A stretch of 36,757 nt of DNA from a virus (lineage: Duplodnaviria; Caudoviricetes). The stretch is from IMG/VR virus record IMGVR_UViG_3300005567_000154, positions 1 through 36,757 of that record; one strand, written 5' to 3'. This document shows, one piece after another, positions 1-8,760 of the stretch. Positions within the stretch are counted from its first letter, which is position 1. Each line of letters starts with the position of its first letter. The position numbers were made by a program, and so were the translations under genes. A model generated the notes under the pieces. It was not told where the DNA came from and made no database searches. It saw only the letters and a program-made list of their open reading frames with translations.

Positions 1-537
1 ATGAGTGTAAATTTAAAAAGCCTATTAACCTCGATAATTAAGCAAGTTCAATATCTTGAGTTTGTTTTTAATGATATTGAAAACGGGACAACTTTAAATG
101 CTGCTATTGGCATTCAGCTTGATGGTATTGGTGATTTAGTTGGGTTACCTAGATTTACCGACGATGATGATGCTTACAGGGCGGAAATAAGATTCCAGAT
201 TTCTTTGAATAACAGCTATGGAACACCTGAAGATATTATTGGTTTTTTGAAGCAACAAACAAACGCAACTTCAATTCAATATCAAGAGAGTTACCCGGCT
301 AAAGTTGTTATTAATATCGAAGCTTTAATATCAGATATTCCAGGTGATATTTTAGCCCAAACAGAACGGATCGCACCGGCAGGCGTTCAAATTCAAATAA
401 CCCAATCAGAGCCCGGACAAATATTTTTCGGGTTTGATCCTGAAGGTGGGGTTCAACCACTTGTATCTGGATTTTCAGAACCCAATTATGTGCCTGATGC
501 CGGGCTGGGTGGTCAATTATCAGAAAAATTTTCGTAG
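1..537 (+). CDS. Baseplate wedge protein (DUF2612-like); may be 5'-truncated
   Basis: LNAAIGIQLDGIGDLVGLPR..DDDAYR..IR motif and late FFGF motif typical of DUF2612-type wedge proteins; directly upstream of the tail fibre. Confidence 0.75.
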   Translation: MSVNLKSLLTSIIKQVQYLEFVFNDIENGTTLNAAIGIQLDGIGDLVGLPRFTDDDDAYRAEIRFQISLNNSYGTPEDIIGFLKQQTNATSIQYQESYPAKVVINIEALISDIPGDILAQTERIAPAGVQIQITQSEPGQIFFGFDPEGGVQPLVSGFSEPNYVPDAGLGGQLSEKFS

Positions 538-547
538 GAGCATAAAA

Positions 548-1609
548 ATGGCTATTAAACCAACAACTATTGTGGAATGGGCCACAGCAAACCCACAAGA
601 CCCCACAAGTTTACAGGACGCTATTATTGAGCCTACTGCCGGTAAAAAGGCAAGTGGATTTTTAAGGCTTGAGAAGCCCTCTAGACAGGATTTTAATTGG
701 GTTTTGAATCTAATTGGTTTATGGATTGATTATTTTGAGCAAACAACGGATGATAATCTTGCTAATATAGCTACAAATACTGGTGATATATCTACTAATG
801 CCGGTAATATTGTAGCTGCAACGGCAGCGGCAGGGGCCGCTCAAGATGATATTGATGACCATATTGCAGACACAGCCGGCGCACATAATGACACCGCTAT
901 TACGAACACTTCAGGAGTTGTGGGCGCAAATGTTTCTTTGGCTTTGGATCAGGTAGATACGGATATTAATAATCATCTTTCTGATACTGTTGGAGCCCAT
1001 GCAGATACAGCAATCAGCAATAGTTCAAGCGTAGTTGGCACTAATGTAAAACTAGCCCTTGATCAACTTGATAGCGATGTTGGTGTAAACACTGGCCTTA
1101 TTGGTGGTAACAATACTCAAATAGGTACTAACGCCGGTAACATTGCAACTAACCAGACAAACATTAGTGCTAATAATACTCTTATTACAAGCCATATTGC
1201 AGACACAGCCGGCGCACATAATGACACCGCAATTGCAAATACTTCAAGTGTAGCCGGTGCTAATGTTCAACTGGCTTTGAATGCTTTGCTTGCTGCTATA
1301 AAAACGCCTTTAAGAGAGGATAAAGCGCCAGGGTCTATAAACTTTCCTTCCACAATCGCGGTCAATAGTTCTGGTGAAAGTGACACTTTCACTTTTACTG
1401 GTGCCGCTGTTTCAGATTCGGTTTTGGTGCAACTGCTAAATAGAAACTCCCTTGGGGTTAATGATAATGCTAAATGGTGCGTGTTTGATGGTATAATCAC
1501 TGCGCCTAATACTATGAAAATCTTAGTCGGAAACCCTAATGGGGTAAGTACCGTTCCACCCGCTGATCTTGAAGATGCAAATTTTAGGATCACAGTTTTT
1601 CCCGCTTAA
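548..1609 (+). CDS. Tail fibre protein with His-containing repeats
   Basis: Start reassigned to ATG 548 (TAGGAG at 535-540). N-terminal EWA..GF...EKPSRQDFNWVLN is a typical fibre anchor; three HIADTAGAHNDTAI-like repeats; Asn/Ile-rich coiled-coil. Confidence 0.75.
   Translation: MAIKPTTIVEWATANPQDPTSLQDAIIEPTAGKKASGFLRLEKPSRQDFNWVLNLIGLWIDYFEQTTDDNLANIATNTGDISTNAGNIVAATAAAGAAQDDIDDHIADTAGAHNDTAITNTSGVVGANVSLALDQVDTDINNHLSDTVGAHADTAISNSSSVVGTNVKLALDQLDSDVGVNTGLIGGNNTQIGTNAGNIATNQTNISANNTLITSHIADTAGAHNDTAIANTSSVAGANVQLALNALLAAIKTPLREDKAPGSINFPSTIAVNSSGESDTFTFTGAAVSDSVLVQLLNRNSLGVNDNAKWCVFDGIITAPNTMKILVGNPNGVSTVPPADLEDANFRITVFPA
859..1230 (+). repeat. 39-bp exact direct repeat inside the fibre gene (859-897 and 1192-1230)
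   Basis: CCATATTGCAGACACAGCCGGCGCACATAATGACACCGC occurs twice. Confidence 0.9.
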
Positions 1610-1636
1610 ATAGCTTTTTATTCCCATGCTAGGAAT

Positions 1637-1663
1637 GCGGTCAGAAATGGCCGTGTTTTTTTT
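1637..1663 (+). terminator. Intrinsic terminator ending the structural operon
   Basis: GCGGTCA-GAAA-TGGCCGT hairpin followed by a T8 run. Confidence 0.85.
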
Positions 1664-1721
1664 AATCTTTTTTTATTATTATGTGGTAATATAATTAAAT
1701 TTATTGTATTATATAAATATG
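1664..1721 (+). promoter_or_regulatory. Repeated promoter, copy 1
   Basis: 27-bp AATCTTTTTTTATTATTATGTGGTAAT; GTGGTA 1683-1688, N18, TATTAT 1707-1712, N6, ATG 1719. Confidence 0.75.
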
Positions 1722-1748
1722 AATAAGGAATTAACAAAAGGGGCAAAA

Positions 1749-2069
1749 ATGACAAACGAAAAAGATGTATTATGGGATAATTTTAAAACTCCAGATTTAA
1801 GTTCTGATGAGCTTATGGATAACGGACTCAACCAAAAATGCTCTAATTGTAAATGTTGGGTTTCTAAAAGAATTCAAATAAGGGGCCTTTGTCCAGATTG
1901 TAGGAATAAAGACAAAGAGAGAAAATTCAGGGTTGGTGATATAAAAGAAATCATTTTAAAATATTGCGAGGGTGCCGATACACAAGAGCCTGGTTTCCAT
2001 ATAGATAATCTAGATGAAATGGCCGAGGATATTCATGAATTTTACACTGAAACCAAGGGAGTGGGATAA
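1749..2069 (+). CDS. Hypothetical zinc-finger protein (alternative in-frame start 1719)
   Basis: CSNC...CPDC; AAGGGG before ATG 1749. Confidence 0.65.
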   Translation: MTNEKDVLWDNFKTPDLSSDELMDNGLNQKCSNCKCWVSKRIQIRGLCPDCRNKDKERKFRVGDIKEIILKYCEGADTQEPGFHIDNLDEMAEDIHEFYTETKGVG

Positions 2070-2071
2070 AA

Positions 2072-2242
2072 ATGACTTACTTAATGAATAAAAATACCGG
2101 ATCAATAGATACCCTCGAAAATTGGGGGGATAATTACCTAGCTGATGCCAATTCCACTTGGGAACAGTGGAGTAGAGAACTAATAGAAGTTACCAAAGAT
2201 GAAAAAGGTAATTGGATTGAATCGGGGGTTGAAAATGGATAA
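2072..2242 (+). CDS. Small hypothetical protein (56 aa, MTYLMNKNTG...)
   Basis: Translated by hand; fills the gap, purine-rich SD, overlaps next start. Confidence 0.55.
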   Translation: MTYLMNKNTGSIDTLENWGDNYLADANSTWEQWSRELIEVTKDEKGNWIESGVENG

Positions 2243-2405
2243 CCATCAGCAAATGGAACTGATTCTAAGTACCCTATTGTCCTGTGATAGAATCAAAGGG
2301 AACGGGGCAAAAGACCAAATCAAACGAGTACTAAAAGAATACCATGAACAGTATAGTATTGATGGCAAAATGACACCAGATAATTTTAAAGGGGCACAGA
2401 TATGA
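2235..2405 (+). CDS. Small hypothetical protein
   Basis: ATG 2235 after GGGGG; stop overlaps next ATG. Confidence 0.55.
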   Translation: MDNHQQMELILSTLLSCDRIKGNGAKDQIKRVLKEYHEQYSIDGKMTPDNFKGAQI

Positions 2406-3301
2406 GTGAAGAAATAACCACAGCAAAGCAAAGGGAAGGGCTAAAGCAAAGGGAAGGGCTAGAAAAACTAAGAAAGCCTTTTCCAAAAAACCAAATTGGG
2501 AAGCTACCCAAACCCACCAAAAAGCAGACAGAAGAGGCCAAGGGGCCTAAATGGGACCGTATCCATTGCCAGGTTTGTAATCAAAAACACCACAAAGATG
2601 TGATTCATTTGGATTATGTGGGCCACGCAGCTATAACTGATAGGCTATTAGATGTTGATCCTGGTTGGGATTGGAGGCCGTTATGTTTTGACAAGGAAAC
2701 CGGTCTACCACTTTTTGATAAAAATGGCGGCTTATGGATTGAGTTAGAGGTTTTGGGTTTAAAAAGGCTTGGTTATGGGAACGCTGCAAGCGTGTCTTTT
2801 AAAGATGTTGGCAGCAGAGAAAAAGAAGTAATCGGTGATGCTCTTAGAAATGCCGGAATGCGTTTTGGTATGGCTCTTGATTTATGGCACAAGGGAGAAT
2901 TACACGTTGATGAAGAACCTGAAAAAACAACAGAGAAAAAGAAAGAAACCACCAAAAACGTAGTTAAACCAGTAAGGGCTACGCTGAACGCTTCATTGGC
3001 AAAGATTAAAGACCCTAAAATTTTCGGGCAGATGGTTGAAAGGTTTGCCAAAAAATATGGCCCTGGTATTTGGGCTGAGAAAACAGCTCACAAAAACGAA
3101 ACTTGGAAACATTTATTTGATACTCATGGGGGCAAATTCGATAAGAAAGAACCAAACCCACAAACCGTATTCGATAGCCTTTTAAAAGACAGAACCGTGG
3201 ATGGCTTATCTGCTGTTTGTGACCATTATGACAACCACAAAGAATTAAAAAATGAAAAAAATAAAAAAGAAATTTCAATTTTATCAACAGAGGTGAATTA
3301 A
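2402..3301 (+). CDS. Rad52/Sak-like single-strand annealing protein
   Basis: LDYVGHAAITDRL..VDP.W and KEVIGDALRNAGMRFGMALDLW match the Rad52-family core. Confidence 0.7.
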   Translation: MSEEITTAKQREGLKQREGLEKLRKPFPKNQIGKLPKPTKKQTEEAKGPKWDRIHCQVCNQKHHKDVIHLDYVGHAAITDRLLDVDPGWDWRPLCFDKETGLPLFDKNGGLWIELEVLGLKRLGYGNAASVSFKDVGSREKEVIGDALRNAGMRFGMALDLWHKGELHVDEEPEKTTEKKKETTKNVVKPVRATLNASLAKIKDPKIFGQMVERFAKKYGPGIWAEKTAHKNETWKHLFDTHGGKFDKKEPNPQTVFDSLLKDRTVDGLSAVCDHYDNHKELKNEKNKKEISILSTEVN

Positions 3302-4015
3302 ATGGATAATTATATCGAGAAATTCGATGTGGCTAAGACCTCCACAAATGAGATTACACACTTACTAGAGAACATGGTCATCACAGACCATGATACTAGA
3401 AATGATGCTTATGAGGCTTGCAAACAAGCTAATGCACTGAAAAATGAAGTGGATGAGAAACGCCTAGAGTTACTTAGACCAATAGCCGCCGAAAAGAAAT
3501 CCATGAAAGCTGATCATAAAAAAGAACTTGAACCACTGGATGAACTAAAAAAACAAATTGAGGAATACGCAAACGACAATTTGATAGGCCCCTTAAACAA
3601 GGCTATTGCAATAAGAAAGCAAACCATTATCGCCTGGGATGATAAAATAAAACGAGAAGAGGCCGAAAGATTGGCTGAAATTGAGAGAAAAAGGGTAGAG
3701 GCTGAAAGAAAGCACATTGAGGATCTAAAAAAGACCGAAGAAAAAACAGGCATTGCAAAAGAGATTGCCCAAGAAAAAGCAGATCAAAAGGTGGAAGAAT
3801 CTAAGGTTGATTTGGAACAAGAAAAAGAGGATCTATTATCCAAGAAATCAGGCAGGCAGAAAGAAGTAATTCGACACGAATTGGATAATATACACATGGT
3901 TCCTGAAGAATACCTAAAACCAAGAGAGGTGGATTGGGTTAAGGTAAAGGCCGCAGGGTTTAAGCAAATACCTGGGTTTAATGTTTTTAAAGAAAAAGAA
4001 TTGATGTTTAAATAA
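3302..4015 (+). CDS. Coiled-coil protein of the recombination module
   Basis: Long E/K-rich helical sequence ending in IPGFNVF; next to the annealase. Confidence 0.6.
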   Translation: MDNYIEKFDVAKTSTNEITHLLENMVITDHDTRNDAYEACKQANALKNEVDEKRLELLRPIAAEKKSMKADHKKELEPLDELKKQIEEYANDNLIGPLNKAIAIRKQTIIAWDDKIKREEAERLAEIERKRVEAERKHIEDLKKTEEKTGIAKEIAQEKADQKVEESKVDLEQEKEDLLSKKSGRQKEVIRHELDNIHMVPEEYLKPREVDWVKVKAAGFKQIPGFNVFKEKELMFK

Positions 4016-4022
4016 GCTAAAA

Positions 4023-4412
4023 ATGAATATAACTCTTAAAAATGGCAAAATAGAGGAATCCCTATCTGATTTAAAAGATGGGGATTACACTATTGAAAAG
4101 CTCAAGAAAAAGAGAACTAATCCTCAAAATTCGTGGATTCATGGGTTCTTATTCCCACCGGCAGCAAAGATTATGACTAGGCACCTGAAGATTCAAATTA
4201 GCCCAAAGATGGCTAAACACGTCCTAAAAGCTAGGTGTGCAGTTGATTATATACCGGCTTTAGGTGACTGGATACAGCTTGATACTAGCGATATGGACAC
4301 TATAAGAATGATGAAATTTATAGAAGACTGTTTAAAATATCTGGCCACAAAATATGGTGAATATATTGAGGGGCCAGATGATATGAACTATCAAAAAATA
4401 GAAAATATATGA
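4023..4412 (+). CDS. NinB/Orf-like recombination accessory protein
   Basis: KRTNPQNSWIHG and TSDMDTIRMMKFIE match the RSxxQN / TSxMxxxEMxxFIE pattern. Confidence 0.6.
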   Translation: MNITLKNGKIEESLSDLKDGDYTIEKLKKKRTNPQNSWIHGFLFPPAAKIMTRHLKIQISPKMAKHVLKARCAVDYIPALGDWIQLDTSDMDTIRMMKFIEDCLKYLATKYGEYIEGPDDMNYQKIENI

Positions 4413-4492
4413 TTTTTTACTTGGAGATGGTGTACAATTAATTATATTAAAATAAGCAAAAGTAATCGACTTACTCAACTTGCAAAAATTTA

Positions 4493-4561
4493 GCTCTACC
4501 CGGTTCTGATGAATATCAGACGGTTTATTTTAGTCGATTAATCCGGCTTGCCGGGTAGGGC
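4493..4561 (+). ncRNA. Structured RNA resembling C4/CI antisense RNA
   Basis: 11-bp closing stem 4493-4503/4551-4561, hairpin TCTGAT-GAAT-ATCAGA, second hairpin whose loop region is complementary to upstream 4463-4471. Confidence 0.6.
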
Positions 4562-4572
4562 ATGAGGTATAA

Positions 4573-5040
4573 ATGGCGAAAGAACTCCCGTATTTCAGAT
4601 TTTACCCCCAAGAATGGCAAAACGGCGATATTACCCTGGAGTCATTAGAGCAGCAGGGTTTATTTATGAATATTTGTGCTTATTACTGGATTTCAGATTG
4701 TAATGTAAGATTAAAGACTCTTGAAAAGAGATTTAAGGAAACTGAATCTTTATTTGAATCTGAAATTTTGCACAAAGATGGTGATTTTCTGATGATCAAA
4801 TTCTTAGATAAACAATTTGAAGAATTACACGAATATAGAGAAAAAAAGCGTATTGCAGGCAGAAAAGGGGGTTTAAAGAGGGTAAGCAACACTAAAGAAG
4901 TGCTAAAGCATAACTCAACCATAAAAGAAAAGAAAAAAGAAAATGAAAAGAATAGTAGCATAACTAAAGCGGAGCTTGATTTACCAACAAAAAAAGATAT
5001 AGCTGAGTTTAAGGCTCACATGAAAAAGGTCTTATCATGA
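4573..5040 (+). CDS. DUF1376/YdaU-like replication initiator or organiser
   Basis: PYFRFYPQEW...SLEQQGLFMNICAYYW N-terminus; AGRKGG motif; SD GAGGT. Confidence 0.7.
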   Translation: MAKELPYFRFYPQEWQNGDITLESLEQQGLFMNICAYYWISDCNVRLKTLEKRFKETESLFESEILHKDGDFLMIKFLDKQFEELHEYREKKRIAGRKGGLKRVSNTKEVLKHNSTIKEKKKENEKNSSITKAELDLPTKKDIAEFKAHMKKVLS

Positions 5041-5642
5041 GTAATTATTCAGATTTACTCAAGAATCCTAAATGGCAAAAGAAACGACTTAAAATAATGG
5101 AAAGAGATGGTTTTAAATGCCAATACTGCCATAATGGCGATAAAACCTTAAACGTACACCACATAGTTTATTTTCAAGGAAAAGATCCTTGGGAATATGA
5201 AAATCGCTTTTTAATCACCTTTTGTGAAGACTGTCATCAGAAAGAACATCAAATGGAAAATGAGATGGGGAAATTAAATATAAGCCAATATTTAAGAAAC
5301 CTGGGTATGCCTAATCTTTTTTTAGGAAAATTCTTAAAAGCCATAAAATCAATTAGTGGTAATGATAACTACCATGAAATTATACAAAGTATTATTACAG
5401 GCCCTAAACCTTTTGTAAATAAGAAAGAAACACTTAGAGTTCACAAAAAACGTAAAAAGTCCACCAAAAAAGAAAACGACCTTAAAACCTTTAAGCTTTG
5501 CCGTAAATGCAATGGTCAGTTGGTTATTAGAAAACCTAGAGGAAAAATCAAATCAAAACAGAAATATTACTTTAAATCGTATTTTTATTGTACTGACTGC
5601 AAAGCAATGTACATGAGAGAAAGCGAAAAGGTGTTTATATAA
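5037..5642 (+). CDS. HNH endonuclease with C-terminal zinc ribbon
   Basis: WQKKRLKIMERDGFKCQYC..LNVHH..LITFCEDCH; C-terminal CRKC...CTDC. Confidence 0.8.
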   Translation: MSNYSDLLKNPKWQKKRLKIMERDGFKCQYCHNGDKTLNVHHIVYFQGKDPWEYENRFLITFCEDCHQKEHQMENEMGKLNISQYLRNLGMPNLFLGKFLKAIKSISGNDNYHEIIQSIITGPKPFVNKKETLRVHKKRKKSTKKENDLKTFKLCRKCNGQLVIRKPRGKIKSKQKYYFKSYFYCTDCKAMYMRESEKVFI

Positions 5643-5804
5643 ATGGCACTACCAACTTATCAAGAATGTCAAGAAGCAAGAGCACAAGGTAAAATGACAC
5701 CAATCCACTGGTTTATATTAGAGTATGAGCCAATGGGGATACACACAGAGAAGTTCAGGGATGGGCTAACTAAGGTGATTCATTATGTGCGAAAAATAAA
5801 GTAA
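5643..5804 (+). CDS. Small hypothetical protein (53 aa, MALPTYQEC...)
   Basis: Translated by hand; abuts previous stop. Confidence 0.55.
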   Translation: MALPTYQECQEARAQGKMTPIHWFILEYEPMGIHTEKFRDGLTKVIHYVRKIK

Positions 5805-5860
5805 TCTTTTTTTATTATTATGTGGTAATATAATTTAATTTAATGTATAATATGAATATG
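5803..5860 (+). promoter_or_regulatory. Repeated promoter, copy 2
   Basis: Same 27-bp block; GTGGTA 5822-5827, N18, TATAAT 5846-5851, N6, ATG 5858. Confidence 0.8.
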
Positions 5861-5886
5861 AATGAAACACACAAAAAGGGGCAAAA

Positions 5887-6018
5887 ATGACTTACACAAA
5901 AGAAATGAAATTTAAAATCGGTGTTTATATGTATTACTCAGAAGCTGCAAAGGCCCAGGGGAATATCGAAGCGTATGAATATTTTGAAAGAAAATTAAAA
6001 AAATTAGGCATAAAATAA
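5887..6018 (+). CDS. Small hypothetical protein (43 aa, MTYTKEMKF...)
   Basis: AAGGGGCAAAAATG start context identical to 1749. Confidence 0.55.
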   Translation: MTYTKEMKFKIGVYMYYSEAAKAQGNIEAYEYFERKLKKLGIK

Positions 6019-6204
6019 ATGAAAACTGCATTCATAATATCCTTTTCTCTAATTGGTTGGTTAGGTCTAGCGATATTCATTATCAGGGACCACCAACCAC
6101 CAGAACCATGTGAATGTGCTATACCCTTGGAGTATTGTAAGCAGAAACTAAAAGAGATGGACCAGTATTCAGCAAGATATTTTACTATAGGAGAATGTAA
6201 ATGA
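6019..6204 (+). CDS. Small membrane-anchored protein
   Basis: N-terminal hydrophobic helix; stop overlaps next start. Confidence 0.55.
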   Translation: MKTAFIISFSLIGWLGLAIFIIRDHQPPEPCECAIPLEYCKQKLKEMDQYSARYFTIGECK

Positions 6205-6392
6205 AATACTTACTAGATGCTGAGAGGAACCTTTCAGAACGTAGGGCCGAGACTAGAGAAAAGGACAAAATCACAAAAGCCCAAAACGACCTTATTTTTA
6301 GAGAAAAACGCCAAAGAGAAGCTTTATACAAATTACCAGAAGATAAAGAAAAAGGAAGGAAACCACAAGCATATAGGAGAAAGGAAAAATGA
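6201..6392 (+). CDS. Small basic hypothetical protein
   Basis: SD AGGAG; ATGA overlaps at both ends. Confidence 0.55.
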   Translation: MKYLLDAERNLSERRAETREKDKITKAQNDLIFREKRQREALYKLPEDKEKGRKPQAYRRKEK

Positions 6393-6811
6393 AATTTTCA
6401 ATTTATTCAGTAGTGTTTTTATTAATAATAAACTTTACCGCTTGCGTTGTAGGCGAAGATCCAATTGAAGCAAATAATTTAACCGCTGATGAGTCTTTTA
6501 GTGTTCCAGTATTGAATGTAATCGAAACCACTTATGAAGAGGTATGCCCAACAGATCGAAGTTGGGGCGTTATTGATGCTCTACCAAATACAGTGGTGAC
6601 AGCTTTTAGTATTTATTTACACGCCTCGCCTGATTTTTCAGGGGTAGCAAATAGCCATGACTATTATTCAACATTACTAAACCGTACAGTTAAGAAGCAG
6701 ATCACTGGTAGCCTTTATGATACTGGAAACCATCAGTTTTTATATGATTGTCATGGATCTAATATTGGGGGCCAACACGAACCAGGTTTTAAAATTGAAG
6801 TTATTTATTAA
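6389..6811 (+). CDS. Putative lipoprotein
   Basis: MKF + hydrophobic stretch + FTAC lipobox-like Cys. Confidence 0.6.
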   Translation: MKFSIYSVVFLLIINFTACVVGEDPIEANNLTADESFSVPVLNVIETTYEEVCPTDRSWGVIDALPNTVVTAFSIYLHASPDFSGVANSHDYYSTLLNRTVKKQITGSLYDTGNHQFLYDCHGSNIGGQHEPGFKIEVIY

Positions 6812-6822
6812 GGAGTACAGAA

Positions 6823-6978
6823 ATGATAGATATGATGAAGAGGTTAGACGAATTAATTCTTGAATGTGAGAAAGAGGTTTTAATAGCAGATACTCTTATG
6901 GATAAAAGCTTTTGGCAAGGGAAAGAAACCGCTTACTTAGAACTATTTATTGAAGTAAAAAAAGGGATAAGATTATGA
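6823..6978 (+). CDS. Small hypothetical protein (51 aa)
   Basis: SD AAGGAG; translated by hand; ATGA overlap with 6975. Confidence 0.55.
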   Translation: MIDMMKRLDELILECEKEVLIADTLMDKSFWQGKETAYLELFIEVKKGIRL

Positions 6979-7622
6979 ATAACAATACAGGCGAAAACAA
7001 TACAGGCGAAAACAATAAAGGGGACAGGAACTCTGGGGACAGGAACTCTGGGTACAGTAACTCTGGGGACTGGAACTCTGGGAACAGGAACTCTGGGGAC
7101 AGGAACTCTGGGTACAGGAACTCTGGGGACAGGAACTCTGGGTACAGTAACTCTGGGGACTGGAACTCTGGGCACTGGAACTCTGGGGACTTCAATTCAA
7201 CAACACCAGATACAATAAGATGCTTTAATAAAGATGTTGATAGGGAGACTTGGGAACAGGCAGATAAACCACAGTTCATTTATGATGTAAACCCAAATAT
7301 ATGGGTAGATGAATCAGATATGACAGATGATGAGAAAAAAGAGTTCTCAGGGTTCCATGATAGAGGTGGGTATTTAAAAACCATTGAATACAAAGAGGCA
7401 TGGAAGATTGCATGGGATGAGGCGAGCGAAGAGGATAAAACTCTATTGTCTAAGTTACCTAATTTTGATGCAGATGTGTTTGAAGAGATCACTGGAATAA
7501 ATGTATTTGTGAATGGATTGGATTTCTCTGAATCAGGAAAGGAATCCAACGCAGAAGAATTTACTGTAGGTGAAATCGAAAAGCTTCTAGGAAAGAAAAT
7601 AAAAATCATAAAGGAAAAATAA
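6975..7622 (+). CDS. NSGxx pentapeptide-repeat protein
   Basis: 11 NSG(D/Y/N/H)(R/S/W/F) repeats, then FNK..W...GGYLK..YKEAW..LPNFDADVFEEITGI, a recurrent phage family. Confidence 0.8.
   Translation: MNNNTGENNTGENNKGDRNSGDRNSGYSNSGDWNSGNRNSGDRNSGYRNSGDRNSGYSNSGDWNSGHWNSGDFNSTTPDTIRCFNKDVDRETWEQADKPQFIYDVNPNIWVDESDMTDDEKKEFSGFHDRGGYLKTIEYKEAWKIAWDEASEEDKTLLSKLPNFDADVFEEITGINVFVNGLDFSESGKESNAEEFTVGEIEKLLGKKIKIIKEK
7029..7193 (+). repeat. 11 x 15-bp coding tandem repeat (AACTCTGGGnACnnn)
   Basis: Directly visible; units 1-3 recur as units 7-9. Confidence 0.95.
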
Positions 7623-7623
7623 C

Positions 7624-7905
7624 ATGGAAGAAATAAAAGAAATAATTATGAGTCACTGCAAAGGGATAGCTTACCCAGAATTTGAACTTGAAGATTTGAA
7701 CGTGATGGTAAAAGAAATCAATGACCATTATACTAATGTAAAGAGCCAAGAGCTAACCAAAGCAAAGGAAGAGATCGAGAGGTTGAAACAGTACACCACT
7801 CACGATGAGCTAACTTGCCAATTAATCACAGCTGGGTTTTTAAAGCATGTAGATAATAGAGTGTGCACCTGTGGCCTTGACGAACTACTCAAAGAGGTGA
7901 AGTGA
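7624..7905 (+). CDS. Hypothetical protein with H..C...CTCGL motif
   Basis: ORF track; SD AAGGA. Confidence 0.6.
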   Translation: MEEIKEIIMSHCKGIAYPEFELEDLNVMVKEINDHYTNVKSQELTKAKEEIERLKQYTTHDELTCQLITAGFLKHVDNRVCTCGLDELLKEVK

Positions 7906-8543
7906 TGGAATATAGAGGTATGAAGAGAATGAAAACTATATTGCATTTATGCGCTAATCTTGGAAGTGATAGCAGGTTCTACCAATTAGATAATGATTAC
8001 GATGTTATAATGATTGGGAAACATATAGGGGTTGAGAATTACGAGCCGCCAGAAAATGTACATGGAATAATTGCGAATCCAGTATGTACAGAGTTTAGTA
8101 ATGCTAAAAACTCAGGTATCCCGCGTGATTTTGAAAAAGGAATGTTTTTAGTACACCACTGTAAAAGAATAATTAAAAAAGCAAAACCTAAATGGTGGGT
8201 AATAGAAAACCCGAGCACGGGAGCCTTGAGGAAATTTATAGGTAAACCGAATCACACGTACCAACCTTGGCAATACGGTAGCCCTTGGACGAAAGGCACG
8301 GGGCTATGGGGCGAATTTATAATGCCCGAAAGAACTGTTAAAAATAGGTATGACGTAATTAAAAACCCAAACCTATATATTAAGCCTAGAGGAACGCTGC
8401 CAGAGTTTACGGCCTTACATAAAAGTTCGATAGAATTTATAAAAGAGTTTGAATTCGCAAAAGACTTTGTGAATGTAGATGCTGATTTTAGAAGCTTGTG
8501 TAGTCAAGGATTTGCAAAAGAGTTTTACAAGGCTAATAAATAA
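7902..8543 (+). CDS. Compact C5-cytosine methyltransferase-like protein (start may be 7920 or 7929)
   Basis: ILHLCANLGSDS (degenerate motif I), ANPVCTEFS (PC-type motif IV), VIENP (motif VI), YG.PWTK.T.LWG. Confidence 0.7.
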   Translation: MMEYRGMKRMKTILHLCANLGSDSRFYQLDNDYDVIMIGKHIGVENYEPPENVHGIIANPVCTEFSNAKNSGIPRDFEKGMFLVHHCKRIIKKAKPKWWVIENPSTGALRKFIGKPNHTYQPWQYGSPWTKGTGLWGEFIMPERTVKNRYDVIKNPNLYIKPRGTLPEFTALHKSSIEFIKEFEFAKDFVNVDADFRSLCSQGFAKEFYKANK

Positions 8544-8567
8544 CCCACTAACAAAGACTAAGGAGAG

Positions 8568-8741
8568 ATGAAGAGAATGGAAGAAAGAACATGGAAAGAG
8601 AGAGCTGAATCCGCAGAGTTAAGGTTAAAAAGAGTTTTAAACAGAGCTGCTTGGCATAGAAAATATTTAGTATCAGTGAATGATTATGAGAAAGCCTGTA
8701 TTTGCTCAGATATAATTTATAGCCAAGACGATGAAGATTAA
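8568..8741 (+). CDS. Small cassette ORF (57 aa, MKRMEERTW...DED)
   Basis: Translated by hand; SD AAGGAG. Confidence 0.6.
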   Translation: MKRMEERTWKERAESAELRLKRVLNRAAWHRKYLVSVNDYEKACICSDIIYSQDDED

Positions 8742-8760
8742 CCAAAGAGGAACTGTAGAG

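Noticed and set aside
434-547. Long N-terminal extensions in the ORF track (434, and likewise 9771, 11686, 14121, 21613)
   Set aside because: Downstream starts have better SD, overlap or promoter context and match domain boundaries
4493-4561. tRNA gene
   Set aside because: No TTC T-loop, no anticodon-arm geometry and no CCA; only two internal hairpins
7029-7193. Possible CRISPR array or DGR variable region
   Set aside because: Contiguous 15-bp in-frame units without spacers; no cas or reverse transcriptase gene; variation is not adenine-specific
6933-7279. Minus-strand ORFs with VPR / PEF repeats
   Set aside because: Shadows of the plus-strand NSG repeat gene
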